From Candidatus Woesearchaeota archaeon (GTDB lineage: Archaea; Nanobdellota; Nanobdellia; Pacearchaeales; GW2011-AR1), in contig CAYXNX010000003.1 in the NCBI GenBank assembly GCA_964467035.1, positions 21,252 to 85,251 of the forward strand: a stretch of DNA of 64,000 nucleotides, in the 5' to 3' direction. The position numbers and the translations under genes were made by a program. Of this stretch, positions 9,386 through 17,477 are shown piece by piece (within the stretch, counting starts at the first letter, position 1; each line of letters starts with the position of its first letter). Below the pieces are notes generated by a model. The model was given only the letters and a program-made list of their open reading frames with translations, did not search any database and had not been told where the DNA came from.

Positions 9386-10134
9386 CTCAAAAGAAACTCT
9401 TTAAAGAAAAGGATTTTGAATTCATAAATAAAGCAGTTTACATTCCGAAAATAAAAACTTTAGCAATTGGAGATTTACATCTAGGGCATGAATTTACTTA
9501 TAGAGAATCAGGTTCTTTAATGCCTGAAACTCAAATGAGATTAACAAAATCTGAAATAGACAAAATTTTTACCAAACTTAAAAAAGAAAAAAAATCAATT
9601 GAAAGAGTAATTTTTCTTGGAGATTTAAAACATTTTTTTTCATATCAAAAAGGTGAAAAAACACGCTTTTTAGAAATAATGTATATTGTTTCCCAACATA
9701 TCTCTCGTCAAAAAATAATCACTATAAAAGGCAATCATGAAAAAATTGCAGAAATTGCAGATAAAAAACTGGTTGATTATCATATAATTGAAGATATTGC
9801 ATTTATTCACGGGGATATTTTCCCAAAACAAGTTCTAAAAAAAGAAATTTCAACAATTGTTATGGGACATTTGCATCCAGCAATAATCCTCCGCGACCCA
9901 GAAAAAATAAAACAAGAAAAATACAAATGTTATTTAGTTGGGAGATATAAAAATAAAAAATTTATCATCCTTCCAAGTTTCCTTCCAACAATAGAAGGTG
10001 CAATTGTAAACTCTTATCTTTCTGACTCTCACTCAGCAATCCCTGCTAAAAACTTAGAAAACTTCAATGTTCTAGCTATAGGTAAGGAAAAAGTTTATGA
10101 TTTTGGTAGATTAAAAAAATTGAAACTTAAATAA
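9382..10134 (+). CDS. PdeM-like metallophosphoesterase (Lhr-associated nuclease)
   Basis: GDLHLGHE, FLGDLKH, GNHE, HGD and GHLHP motifs. Overlaps the lhr stop by 4 nt, suggesting an operon. Confidence 0.7.
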   Translation: MTQKKLFKEKDFEFINKAVYIPKIKTLAIGDLHLGHEFTYRESGSLMPETQMRLTKSEIDKIFTKLKKEKKSIERVIFLGDLKHFFSYQKGEKTRFLEIMYIVSQHISRQKIITIKGNHEKIAEIADKKLVDYHIIEDIAFIHGDIFPKQVLKKEISTIVMGHLHPAIILRDPEKIKQEKYKCYLVGRYKNKKFIILPSFLPTIEGAIVNSYLSDSHSAIPAKNLENFNVLAIGKEKVYDFGRLKKLKLK

Positions 10135-10175
10135 ATTTTAATAAACTTTATAATACTTTCTTATTTAATTAATCA

Positions 10176-10682
10176 ATGGAAATAATGCTTTTATTTGCAA
10201 TTTTATGTTTTTTGTTATTTTTTGCTTTGTTATTTTTCATTCCATTCATTATCGGAGCTCCTTATGAGCCTTCAAAAGATAAAGCAATTAAAAAAATGAT
10301 TGATTTTGCAAATATAAAAAAAGGAGATGTTTCAGTTGATTTGGGTTCAGGAGATGGTCGTTTAGTTTTCGCCTTTGCTCGCGCTGGAGCCGAAGCCCAT
10401 GGATTTGAAATAAATCCCTTCCTAGTTACCTACTCAAAATACAAAGCAAAAAAACTCAAACTAAAAAACGCGCACTTTCACTGGAAAAATTTCTGGCACA
10501 CAAATTTGCAAGATTTTAATATTGTAACTCTTTTCCAGATTGGATATATAATGCCCAAACTTGAAAAAAAACTTTTATCAGAACTTCCAAAAAACGCGCG
10601 AGTAGTCTCAAACACCTGGAAATTCCCGAATTTAACTCCAAAAAAAATTGATGACAAAATTAGGTTGTATGTTAAAGAATAA
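10176..10682 (+). CDS. small SAM-dependent methyltransferase with N-terminal TM anchor
   Basis: VDLGSGDGRLVFAFARAG motif I. Confidence 0.6.
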   Translation: MEIMLLFAILCFLLFFALLFFIPFIIGAPYEPSKDKAIKKMIDFANIKKGDVSVDLGSGDGRLVFAFARAGAEAHGFEINPFLVTYSKYKAKKLKLKNAHFHWKNFWHTNLQDFNIVTLFQIGYIMPKLEKKLLSELPKNARVVSNTWKFPNLTPKKIDDKIRLYVKE

Positions 10683-10685
10683 ATC

Positions 10686-11072
10686 CTAATCTAGCATATC
10701 TTCAAATTGTTCAAAACCTTTTACAGGCATTCTATTTTCATAAGGATTTGAGTTATAAGTTTCATTATCTCTGTCAATCCAACCACTTACATATTCTGGC
10801 CTTATTGCAAATTCTTGTTTTTTAGGATGAAAATAACCAATTCCTTTAACTGTCGCCAGCAAATGTTTATCAGTCCCAGGGTTGTTAATTTTATCACAAG
10901 GTATTTTAACAACAACTACTGCATTATCTCCTTTATGCGTTTGATTATACAAAGCTTTTGCTCTATCATAATCTATTGGTTGCCAAGTTGCAGTACTTAA
11001 AAAATCTCCTGCACCACACAAAACCCCTTCTTTCATTATTTCATCAACTAAAGACGAATGAGTCCTATGCAA
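10686..11072 (-). CDS. hypothetical protein (TTG start in the ORF track)
   Basis: 128-aa ORF with no recognised family. Position 11072-11070 reads TTG. Confidence 0.4.
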   Translation of the reverse strand: MHRTHSSLVDEIMKEGVLCGAGDFLSTATWQPIDYDRAKALYNQTHKGDNAVVVVKIPCDKINNPGTDKHLLATVKGIGYFHPKKQEFAIRPEYVSGWIDRDNETYNSNPYENRMPVKGFEQFEDMLD

Positions 11073-11193
11073 AAATACATCGTTTTTTTATTTGATACAA
11101 TATGTTTTTTATAATCCATAAAAATTAACTTGATAAATATTTTTTAAATCTTTCTATATTGTTACTCCTCTTAAATAATTACAATTAGAAACA

Positions 11194-11200
11194 TTTATAA
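11194..11200 (+). promoter_or_regulatory. TATA box (tttataa) 22 nt upstream of the ATG at 11223
   Basis: gaaacatttataaactc read directly. Confidence 0.45.
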
Positions 11201-11222
11201 ACTCTAAACACTTAGAAAAATC

Positions 11223-12020
11223 ATGGAAATTAAACCAATAAATAAAAAAAGAGTATTAAAATGGGCATTGTTAATCAAACTTCCCCTAACAATTTACTTA
11301 GTTATTAGTTTAGTAATTTTTGTACCTGCAGTTGACCAAATCAACGCCGAAGTTATTAAGGGAGCTCACAGAGGAGCATCAATAGATTATGAAGAAAATA
11401 CTTTAGAATCTTTTGAAAAGGCACTTTCAGACCCAGATTTCAAATTTATAGAGTTTGACATAACTTACTCAAAAGATAAAGAAATTATAGTAATTCATCA
11501 AAACAATATGTGGAGAATTCCAAAAAAAGGAATTATAGTAAGTGAAACAAATTACTCTGATATTCAAGAAGCTTTTGAATTTTATATACCAAAATACCAA
11601 GAAACAATGGATTTGTTATCTGGAGAAAAACCATTAAACATTGAGATTAAATCAACAGGCGATTTTGAAAAAGACAAAGAACTTGCAGAATATGTAATTA
11701 ACGATTGTAAAAAAAGAGGAATTTTAGATGAAGTAATGATAAGCTCAATTTCAGATAAAATAGTGGAATATATTGAATCAAACCACCCTAAAGTTAAATC
11801 TGGAAAAATTTATTGGGTAACTTCTTATTCAATTTTTCCAGTAGATTCTTTTTGTAGTTATGTCTACGAAACACCTGCAGACTATGTTTTACTCCATGGA
11901 TACAACATACATAATTATAATACTTTAGTAGAATGCAAACCAGAAGACAAAAAATTAATGTTCTGGTATTTCACTGATGAAGTCTATATTTTAGAAGAAA
12001 ATAATTACTTTTGGCAGTAA
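11223..12020 (+). CDS. glycerophosphodiester phosphodiesterase (GDPD) family protein
   Basis: HRGAS..ENTLESFEKA...IEFDI signature after an N-terminal TM anchor. Confidence 0.7.
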   Translation: MEIKPINKKRVLKWALLIKLPLTIYLVISLVIFVPAVDQINAEVIKGAHRGASIDYEENTLESFEKALSDPDFKFIEFDITYSKDKEIIVIHQNNMWRIPKKGIIVSETNYSDIQEAFEFYIPKYQETMDLLSGEKPLNIEIKSTGDFEKDKELAEYVINDCKKRGILDEVMISSISDKIVEYIESNHPKVKSGKIYWVTSYSIFPVDSFCSYVYETPADYVLLHGYNIHNYNTLVECKPEDKKLMFWYFTDEVYILEENNYFWQ

Positions 12021-12087
12021 CCTCAATTTTTATAAATCAATTTTCCAAAACCAAAAGATTTTTATAGTTATACATACTTGTATAACC

Positions 12088-12363
12088 ATGCCACAAGAAA
12101 TAATAAAAAATATTTTGCATTACCCTCAATTAGATACAATCCTAATGGTAGAAGAATTTATTAAAGATAACTCTGGAGAGTACAAAAAAAAGTCTCTTTG
12201 GGAAGCATTGCCTAAAAAAATGATTTATCAAACTTTTTGTGTAATTTTTGATTATTTATTAGAATCTGGAAAAATAGCCCAAGATAAAGAAGGATGGATT
12301 GTTTGGATTTGGAACCCAGAGTTAGTAAAAAAATATCTTAATAATTCTAAATTGTCAAGATGA
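12088..12363 (+). CDS. putative antitoxin / small DNA-binding partner of the downstream RelE-like gene
   Basis: 91-aa ORF whose TGA overlaps the ATG of the next gene (ATGA at 12360-12363). Confidence 0.4.
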   Translation: MPQEIIKNILHYPQLDTILMVEEFIKDNSGEYKKKSLWEALPKKMIYQTFCVIFDYLLESGKIAQDKEGWIVWIWNPELVKKYLNNSKLSR

Positions 12364-12689
12364 AGTCACAGATTAAATTTGCCGATGAAAAACTCAAAGA
12401 AAGTTTTGAAAAACTCAAAGATTCTAAAACAGAAGATAAAAAACTTTATGGATGAATAAATAGAGCTTTAGATGACTTAGAAGAAAATGCTTTTTGTGGA
12501 ATAAGAATACAGAAAAAATTAATTCCAAAAATATACATTGAAAAATACGAAATTGATAACTTGTGGAAATATGATTTACCTAAAGGTTGGAGACTTATTT
12601 ATTCTGTTGCAAATGGCGAGATTTGTGTTTTATCTATAATTCTAGAATGGATGAATCACAAGGACTATGAAAGAAGATTTGGTTACTAA
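12360..12689 (+). pseudogene. RelE/ParE-superfamily toxin gene with one in-frame TGA (12453-12455)
   Basis: Own translation: MKSQIKFADEKLKESFEKLKDSKTEDKKLYG*INRALDDLEENAFCGIRIQKKLIPKIYIEKYEIDNLWKYDLPKGWRLIYSVANGEICVLSIILEWMNHKDYERRFGY. The C-terminal NLWKYDLPKGWRLIY...HKDYERRF is typical of archaeal RelE-like toxins. Confidence 0.65.
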
Positions 12690-12725
12690 CGCTATTTTTA
12701 TAAACTCTTATTTTAAATCATCTTT

Positions 12726-13121
12726 ATGGAAAAAAACAAAAAACACCTGATAATTTTCTGCATTTCTTTATTAGCATCATTTATATTTTGGAGACTTTTA
12801 GTAATTCTCAAAGCAGGAGAAATCAGTATTTTAAGAGATATCACCGGCCTAAACATCCATCATTATCATTATGGGATTCTCATAATTTTTATAGCAGTTT
12901 TATTCTTTATTTTTAGACATCCTGAAAAATATTCGATAGCTTTAACAGGAATTGGATTTGGAACTTACTTTGACGGATTCCTCTCAAGATTATTTTCAAG
13001 CTCATCAAGATACCAAGAAGTCACAAATTACTCAAACTTATTTTTTCCCACACTTTTACTTTTAGCAATTCTCTGCTTAATTGCAGGAGGATTTTATATA
13101 CTCTTTAGAGAAAAAACTTAA
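12726..13121 (+). CDS. hypothetical integral membrane protein
   Basis: Four hydrophobic segments. Confidence 0.5.
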   Translation: MEKNKKHLIIFCISLLASFIFWRLLVILKAGEISILRDITGLNIHHYHYGILIIFIAVLFFIFRHPEKYSIALTGIGFGTYFDGFLSRLFSSSSRYQEVTNYSNLFFPTLLLLAILCLIAGGFYILFREKT

Positions 13122-13146
13122 TAAATCTTTTTTTGTTTTAATATTT

Positions 13147-13584
13147 ATGAAAAAGAGGAAATTTATAGGAATATTTTTAACCCTTTTAGGAATTGTTCTA
13201 ATTATTAATTCATCAGCAAATATTTTGGGTGCATCAATAGGAATAAAAGAAATATCTGTAAATCTCGGATTAGTTTTAGGATTTGCTTTTTTAGTCGTTG
13301 GAATTTATTTAGGTTTTGCGCAAAGTCGTGAAGGAGAAAATAACAGAAGAATTATCAGGGAGAAAGGTTTTGAAAAATCAATCAAAAGAATTAAAGGAGA
13401 GGAATTAAAAAAAGTTGAAGACACAATTGAAAAAATTAAAAACGGACAAGGAAAAACAGAAAAATTAAGTCATCTTCCAGGATATTCAATTCGTGTAACA
13501 AAAGAAGCAAGAATAAGATTTGATATAGATCCTAATGGAAATTACCATTTAGAAAAATATGAACCACATCATGATTATAGATAA
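13147..13584 (+). CDS. membrane-anchored protein with RelE/ParE-like C-terminal domain
   Basis: Start chosen at MKKRKFIGIF. Two TM helices, then FEKSIKRIKGEELKKVEDTIEKIKNG..EKLSHLPGYSIRVTKEARIRFDI, which resembles the RelE/ParE core. Confidence 0.4.
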   Translation: MKKRKFIGIFLTLLGIVLIINSSANILGASIGIKEISVNLGLVLGFAFLVVGIYLGFAQSREGENNRRIIREKGFEKSIKRIKGEELKKVEDTIEKIKNGQGKTEKLSHLPGYSIRVTKEARIRFDIDPNGNYHLEKYEPHHDYR

Positions 13585-13929
13585 TTAATCCACGATTCCA
13601 ATTTGTTGGTCACATAAAGCACAATTAATTGTCTCCAATCCAAATCTCTTCCTGGTTAAAACAACAGTTTCTCTTTCTAAATAATCTTGTAATGTGTCTA
13701 CATAATTTTCATTTGCTCTATCAAGCTCACAAATTCTATCTCTATAATCTTCCCAATACCCCAAATCCTCGTCTCGAATTTCAGAACAATCAGCATCAAT
13801 AAAAAAATCTTCACATTCTTTTTCCAACTTTTCAACTTTTCTTCGTTTATCATAAAGCTTTTGCAGTTCCGGACATTCGCAATAACCATTTTCCTTCTCT
13901 AATTCTAAAACATAATCTTCTCTATTCAT
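13585..13929 (-). CDS. hypothetical acidic Cys-rich protein
   Basis: ATG start at MNREDYV chosen over the TTG start of the ORF track. CECPE...CEDFF..DCSE...CALCDQ. Confidence 0.45.
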   Translation of the reverse strand: MNREDYVLELEKENGYCECPELQKLYDKRRKVEKLEKECEDFFIDADCSEIRDEDLGYWEDYRDRICELDRANENYVDTLQDYLERETVVLTRKRFGLETINCALCDQQIGIVD

Positions 13930-14101
13930 TTTGTTTTCCCCTATATTTTCTTTTGTCAAGGTTCAATCGTCTCTTAAATTTTAAATCACCTATAGAATCA
14001 TATCTATAATTATCTAAAACACTTGGTTTATTTCTATGCAAAACATATTTTCCATCATTTTGTTTTCCAACTTTCTCTAATCTAAAATTATAATCTCCCA
14101 T
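13922..14101 (-). CDS. hypothetical 59-aa protein (missed by the 60-aa ORF cutoff)
   Basis: Own translation: MGDYNFRLEKVGKQNDGKYVLHRNKPSVLDNYRYDSIGDLKFKRRLNLDKRKYRGKQNE. Overlaps both neighbouring ORFs, as in an operon. Confidence 0.3.
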   Translation of the reverse strand: MGDYNFRLEKVGKQNDGKYVLHRNKPSVLDNYRYDSIGDLKFKRRLNLDKRKYRGKQNE

Positions 14102-14267
14102 TTGTAAATCCTCTCAATTTCATACTAACAAACCTATTAACTATTCCAATTACTTGAGTATTCATAATTTTTTTAGTCAAAACCTCTTCTCCAAATAAAG
14201 GTTTTTTAGGAAGAGTTACATTGCTACCATCCCAATTTTCCATTACTAAAAATCCTTTATTATTCAT
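14088..14267 (-). CDS. hypothetical 59-aa protein (missed by the 60-aa ORF cutoff)
   Basis: Own translation: MNNKGFLVMENWDGSNVTLPKKPLFGEEVLTKKIMNTQVIGIVNRFVSMKLRGFTNGRL. Has a 14-nt overlap with the next ORF. Confidence 0.3.
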   Translation of the reverse strand: MNNKGFLVMENWDGSNVTLPKKPLFGEEVLTKKIMNTQVIGIVNRFVSMKLRGFTNGRL

Positions 14268-14329
14268 TTACTAAACTAATTTAAGCAATTTTTAAATCTT
14301 TCTATTATGTAACCACTAAGAAATAACGT

Positions 14330-14578
14330 CTAATTTTTATAAACATTCCTTCGATGTCCAATTTCTAAAACTAAAATAATCAAATTTTCTTTGTAAATAT
14401 CTAAAATTAACCTATATTTTCTAACTTTTAATTTATACCCTTCAATTCCCACAAGTTTTTCAACAAAACGATAAGGCCTAATCTTAATTCTTTCAAGAAC
14501 TTTTCCAATTCTCTCTTGAGTTTTTTCTAATTTTAAAAATTGTTTTTAAGCTTTATCAGAAAACGCAATTCTATACAT
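14330..14578 (-). pseudogene. RelE/ParE-family toxin gene with one in-frame TAA (14546-14548)
   Basis: Own translation: MYRIAFSDKA*KQFLKLEKTQERIGKVLERIKIRPYRFVEKLVGIEGYKLKVRKYRLILDIYKENLIILVLEIGHRRNVYKN. The classic RelE core is GYKLKVRKYRLI...IGHRRNVY. The ATG overlaps the upstream antitoxin stop. Confidence 0.7.
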
Positions 14579-14753
14579 TTAATTGCAACTCCTTCTTTAT
14601 GTCTTCCCAACTATGTATTTTGCCCTTTCTAACTTCTTCCCTCGCTTCCTCAATTGCCTTTTTAGTTTCTTCAGATAACTCTTTTCTGTCCTCGACTAAA
14701 TCCCAGATAATGTCCTCATAACTTTCTTTAGCATGCATCTTCATCTTTTTCAA
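14571..14753 (-). CDS. putative antitoxin of the RelE-like gene
   Basis: 60-aa acidic protein directly upstream of and overlapping the toxin start. C-terminal KGKIHSWEDIKKEL is typical of archaeal antitoxins. Confidence 0.55.
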   Translation of the reverse strand: MKKMKMHAKESYEDIIWDLVEDRKELSEETKKAIEEAREEVRKGKIHSWEDIKKELQLNV

Positions 14754-14830
14754 TTGATTTAATAATTCTTTACTAATTTGAATTGTAGTTTCCAGGGTAA
14801 TTATATAATTAACTATATCTATAAATTTTT

Positions 14831-15493
14831 CTAAACCTCAATAACATAATGATAAACTTTATCATAAGGAATAAACCACTTCACAGTTTCTTCAATTGTA
14901 GCACCTTCCCAAATTTTTCTAAACAACCTTATAGAATTCCCGTGTCCAGAAATAGCAACATTAACTTTTTCTTTTTTCATAAATTTTTTCAAATTTTTCA
15001 TAAATTTTTTTACTCTACGCTCAACCATTTTAAAACTTTCCCCATTTGGTGGGGGAGTATTCCACCCTCTATGAACAACTTCATATTCATTCTCTGCCAA
15101 TTTGCTAGCAATTTTTTTTCTATCTTTTCTAGATAAATTTTCAAACGCATCTCCAGATTTTCTCAAATCAAGCACCCTATTCTCAATCATATCTTTAAAT
15201 TTTTCATGACTTATTCCTTCTAAATCTCCATAACTTCTTTCAATCATCCTGTTCGCAGTAATTATTTCACGACACTCTGGATGAAATTTCAAAACTTCTT
15301 TCAAAGTATCTTTACTCCTAGAAAGCTTTGTTTGAAAAGCCACATCAATTTTTTTATCCTTCAATTTTTCTGCAATTATCTTTGCATGTTTTTTTCCTTC
15401 CTCTGTCAACTTAGAATCTTTCCAACCTGTAAAAATACCTTTCTCATTATAAAATGTCTTCCCATGCCTGAATAAATAAATGTGTAATTTCAT
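14831..15493 (-). CDS. histidine phosphatase (phosphoglycerate-mutase-like) family protein
   Basis: LFRHGKTFYNEKGIFTGWKDSKLTEEG (RHG motif) and a later GHGNSIR. Confidence 0.75.
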   Translation of the reverse strand: MKLHIYLFRHGKTFYNEKGIFTGWKDSKLTEEGKKHAKIIAEKLKDKKIDVAFQTKLSRSKDTLKEVLKFHPECREIITANRMIERSYGDLEGISHEKFKDMIENRVLDLRKSGDAFENLSRKDRKKIASKLAENEYEVVHRGWNTPPPNGESFKMVERRVKKFMKNLKKFMKKEKVNVAISGHGNSIRLFRKIWEGATIEETVKWFIPYDKVYHYVIEV

Positions 15494-15879
15494 TTTAATT
15501 CCAAAGGTAAATAAGGTTTAATTGCTTTTCTTAATTTAGGTCTTGTCCACTTTTTCTGAAATTCTTCATGACTTAATTTTCTTAAATGTACAAGATTTCC
15601 AGGAATCAATTTTTTTGAATCAGTTACATCTAATACAATTATCTTTTTATTCCCTGCTTTAAATTTTTTCTTAAATAATTTTTCCAATCTCGCTCTTGTT
15701 ATAATAATTATATCTGCCCAGTCAACATCTTCTTGGCTAAAATGATTTGGTATCAAATCTGTTCTATCTTCAACTCCACCATACCTAGTTCTATAACCTT
15801 TATTTCCTAAATATTTCGCAAGATATTTACTCCTATTCAAACCAACTGCACAAATACAAAGAACTTTGGGCTTTTTCAT
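15490..15879 (-). CDS. low-molecular-weight phosphatase-like protein (C-X5-R motif)
   Basis: VLCICAVGLNRSKYLA contains CX5R(S). Size and position of the motif fit the LMW-PTP/ArsC fold. Confidence 0.5.
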   Translation of the reverse strand: MKKPKVLCICAVGLNRSKYLAKYLGNKGYRTRYGGVEDRTDLIPNHFSQEDVDWADIIIITRARLEKLFKKKFKAGNKKIIVLDVTDSKKLIPGNLVHLRKLSHEEFQKKWTRPKLRKAIKPYLPLELK

Positions 15880-15880
15880 T

Positions 15881-16627
15881 TTAAAATTTTAATTTATTTA
15901 AATCAATATTGTCATAATTATATAACTTCTTTTCAATTAAATCATAATAACAATTTTCATAATCATTTTCTTTATTTTCAAGTTTAAAGAAATTTTTTTG
16001 ATATAGATAAATTTCAGATTTCAAAGGTTTTCCAGGATAACACCATAAAACCCATTTTTCTTTTCCATTAAGATATTTATTTGGAAATTTTAAAATCCCT
16101 TTTGAAGCGAGATAAAAAATTAAAATCTCTTCAAGAATAAACAAAACATTTTCTTCATCAATCTTCTTCTTTGATTCTTTAATATCCTCTTTAAGATATT
16201 TTTGAAATGTTTTATCTTTATTATAAATCTCTATTAATTTTGAAAAATAATTCATAAAATCTTTTATTTCAATAAGGGCTTGATTCCATGTGATAAAACC
16301 GAATGAATCCCGAATATACCATAAATTCTTATTCAAAATTTTTTGAAATTCATTTTTATGAGAAATCATCAATGTTTGAAATTTTTTGTTTAATTTTACT
16401 GCATCTCCTTTTTGATAAAGATAAAGATTATCTGAATAAAGAAAAGTTAAACCAACATAAGGATATCTAATTTTTTTAACAATTTCTTCAATGTAAGAAA
16501 AGCATTTCGTTGCACTTTGAATATTTGAAATTTTATTCATTGAGATTCCAAATACTAACATTCCCTCTTTTGCAGGAAATTTATTTATATCAAAAAATTC
16601 ATTTTTTTGTAATTTTTGTTTTTTCAT
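15881..16627 (-). CDS. hypothetical protein, possibly cyclodipeptide-synthase (CDPS)-like
   Basis: LVFGISMNK resembles the CDPS G-x-S-x-x-N pocket motif. LFILEEILIFY and VLWCYPG are placed like the Y/E and Y catalytic motifs of AlbC (YVLAE...VLCYH). Length of 248 aa is typical. Pattern match by eye only. Confidence 0.35.
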   Translation of the reverse strand: MKKQKLQKNEFFDINKFPAKEGMLVFGISMNKISNIQSATKCFSYIEEIVKKIRYPYVGLTFLYSDNLYLYQKGDAVKLNKKFQTLMISHKNEFQKILNKNLWYIRDSFGFITWNQALIEIKDFMNYFSKLIEIYNKDKTFQKYLKEDIKESKKKIDEENVLFILEEILIFYLASKGILKFPNKYLNGKEKWVLWCYPGKPLKSEIYLYQKNFFKLENKENDYENCYYDLIEKKLYNYDNIDLNKLKF

Positions 16628-17058
16628 TTTATGATTTTATAAAACCACCAGAATTTATAACCTTTTTTAAAATTATTTTTTTCATGTAGCTTAATTGATT
16701 TTTTTGAATCTTCTTTAATTAATGAACATATATACTTCATCCCATTCTTTTTTAAAATTTCTATTGCCTCTTTCATTAGTTTTGTGGCGATTCCTCTATT
16801 TTGGAATTCTTTTGAAACCCATGCATTTTCCCAAGTTGCCTTCTTTGTAGGTTTATGAAAAGAAAACATTACAAATCCAATTATTTTTTCATTTTCTTCG
16901 GCAATTAAAATTACATCGTTTTTAGAATTTATCCATTCTTTTAAAATTTCTTTTGGCCAAAAACCTCCTGCTTCAGAGGATATATCAAATTCTTTTATAT
17001 CCTTTCCTATTTTTATTAATTCAAGTATATCTTTTTGTTTTGCTTTTCTTACTCTCAT
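16624..17058 (-). CDS. GNAT-family N-acetyltransferase
   Basis: WVSKEFQNRGIATKLMKEA acetyl-CoA binding motif. Confidence 0.8.
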   Translation of the reverse strand: MRVRKAKQKDILELIKIGKDIKEFDISSEAGGFWPKEILKEWINSKNDVILIAEENEKIIGFVMFSFHKPTKKATWENAWVSKEFQNRGIATKLMKEAIEILKKNGMKYICSLIKEDSKKSIKLHEKNNFKKGYKFWWFYKIIK

Positions 17059-17477
17059 CTCAACCTCTTTCTTATTTTGTCCATAAAATCAATAACTTTA
17101 ATAGCATATTCTTCATTAAAACTTTTCCCATAATACTCAATTCCATTTCTAAAGTATCTCAATTGATCTGCAAATTCAATTTCTTTTTCTGAAAAACCCA
17201 AATTATAAAGATAAACAATTTCTGATTCATGAGCTCCATAACCTGATGCATTTAATCCCTCTTTTAACATTTTAGAACGAATAAATTTCATAATCACATC
17301 GTAACAAGAAGTAATTATAACATTTTAGTTATTATTGTCCAAAAGGAATTTTTTTATTATCTCTTTAATAAAATCATAATCTTTATCTGCTTCATTTACC
17401 AAAGCATTGGCTCTTGATAAATCTGGAGATTGTTTTTTTACAATGCCTTTTTTTATAAATTTTTCAAAATCTTTCAT
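17055..17477 (-). pseudogene. HEPN-domain toxin gene with one in-frame TAA (17325-17327)
   Basis: Own translation: MKDFEKFIKKGIVKKQSPDLSRANALVNEADKDYDFIKEIIKKFLLDNNN*NVIITSCYDVIMKFIRSKMLKEG...LRYFRNGIEYYG. The ATG overlaps the MNT stop (ATGA at 17474-17477). Confidence 0.6.

Noticed and set aside
12453-12455. Alternative genetic code (TGA or TAA reassigned) as the explanation for in-frame stops in toxin genes
   Set aside because: TGA and TAA clearly terminate many well-conserved genes here, including ATGA stop/start overlaps at 12360-12363, 17474-17477 and 27605-27608. The interrupted genes use different stop codons.
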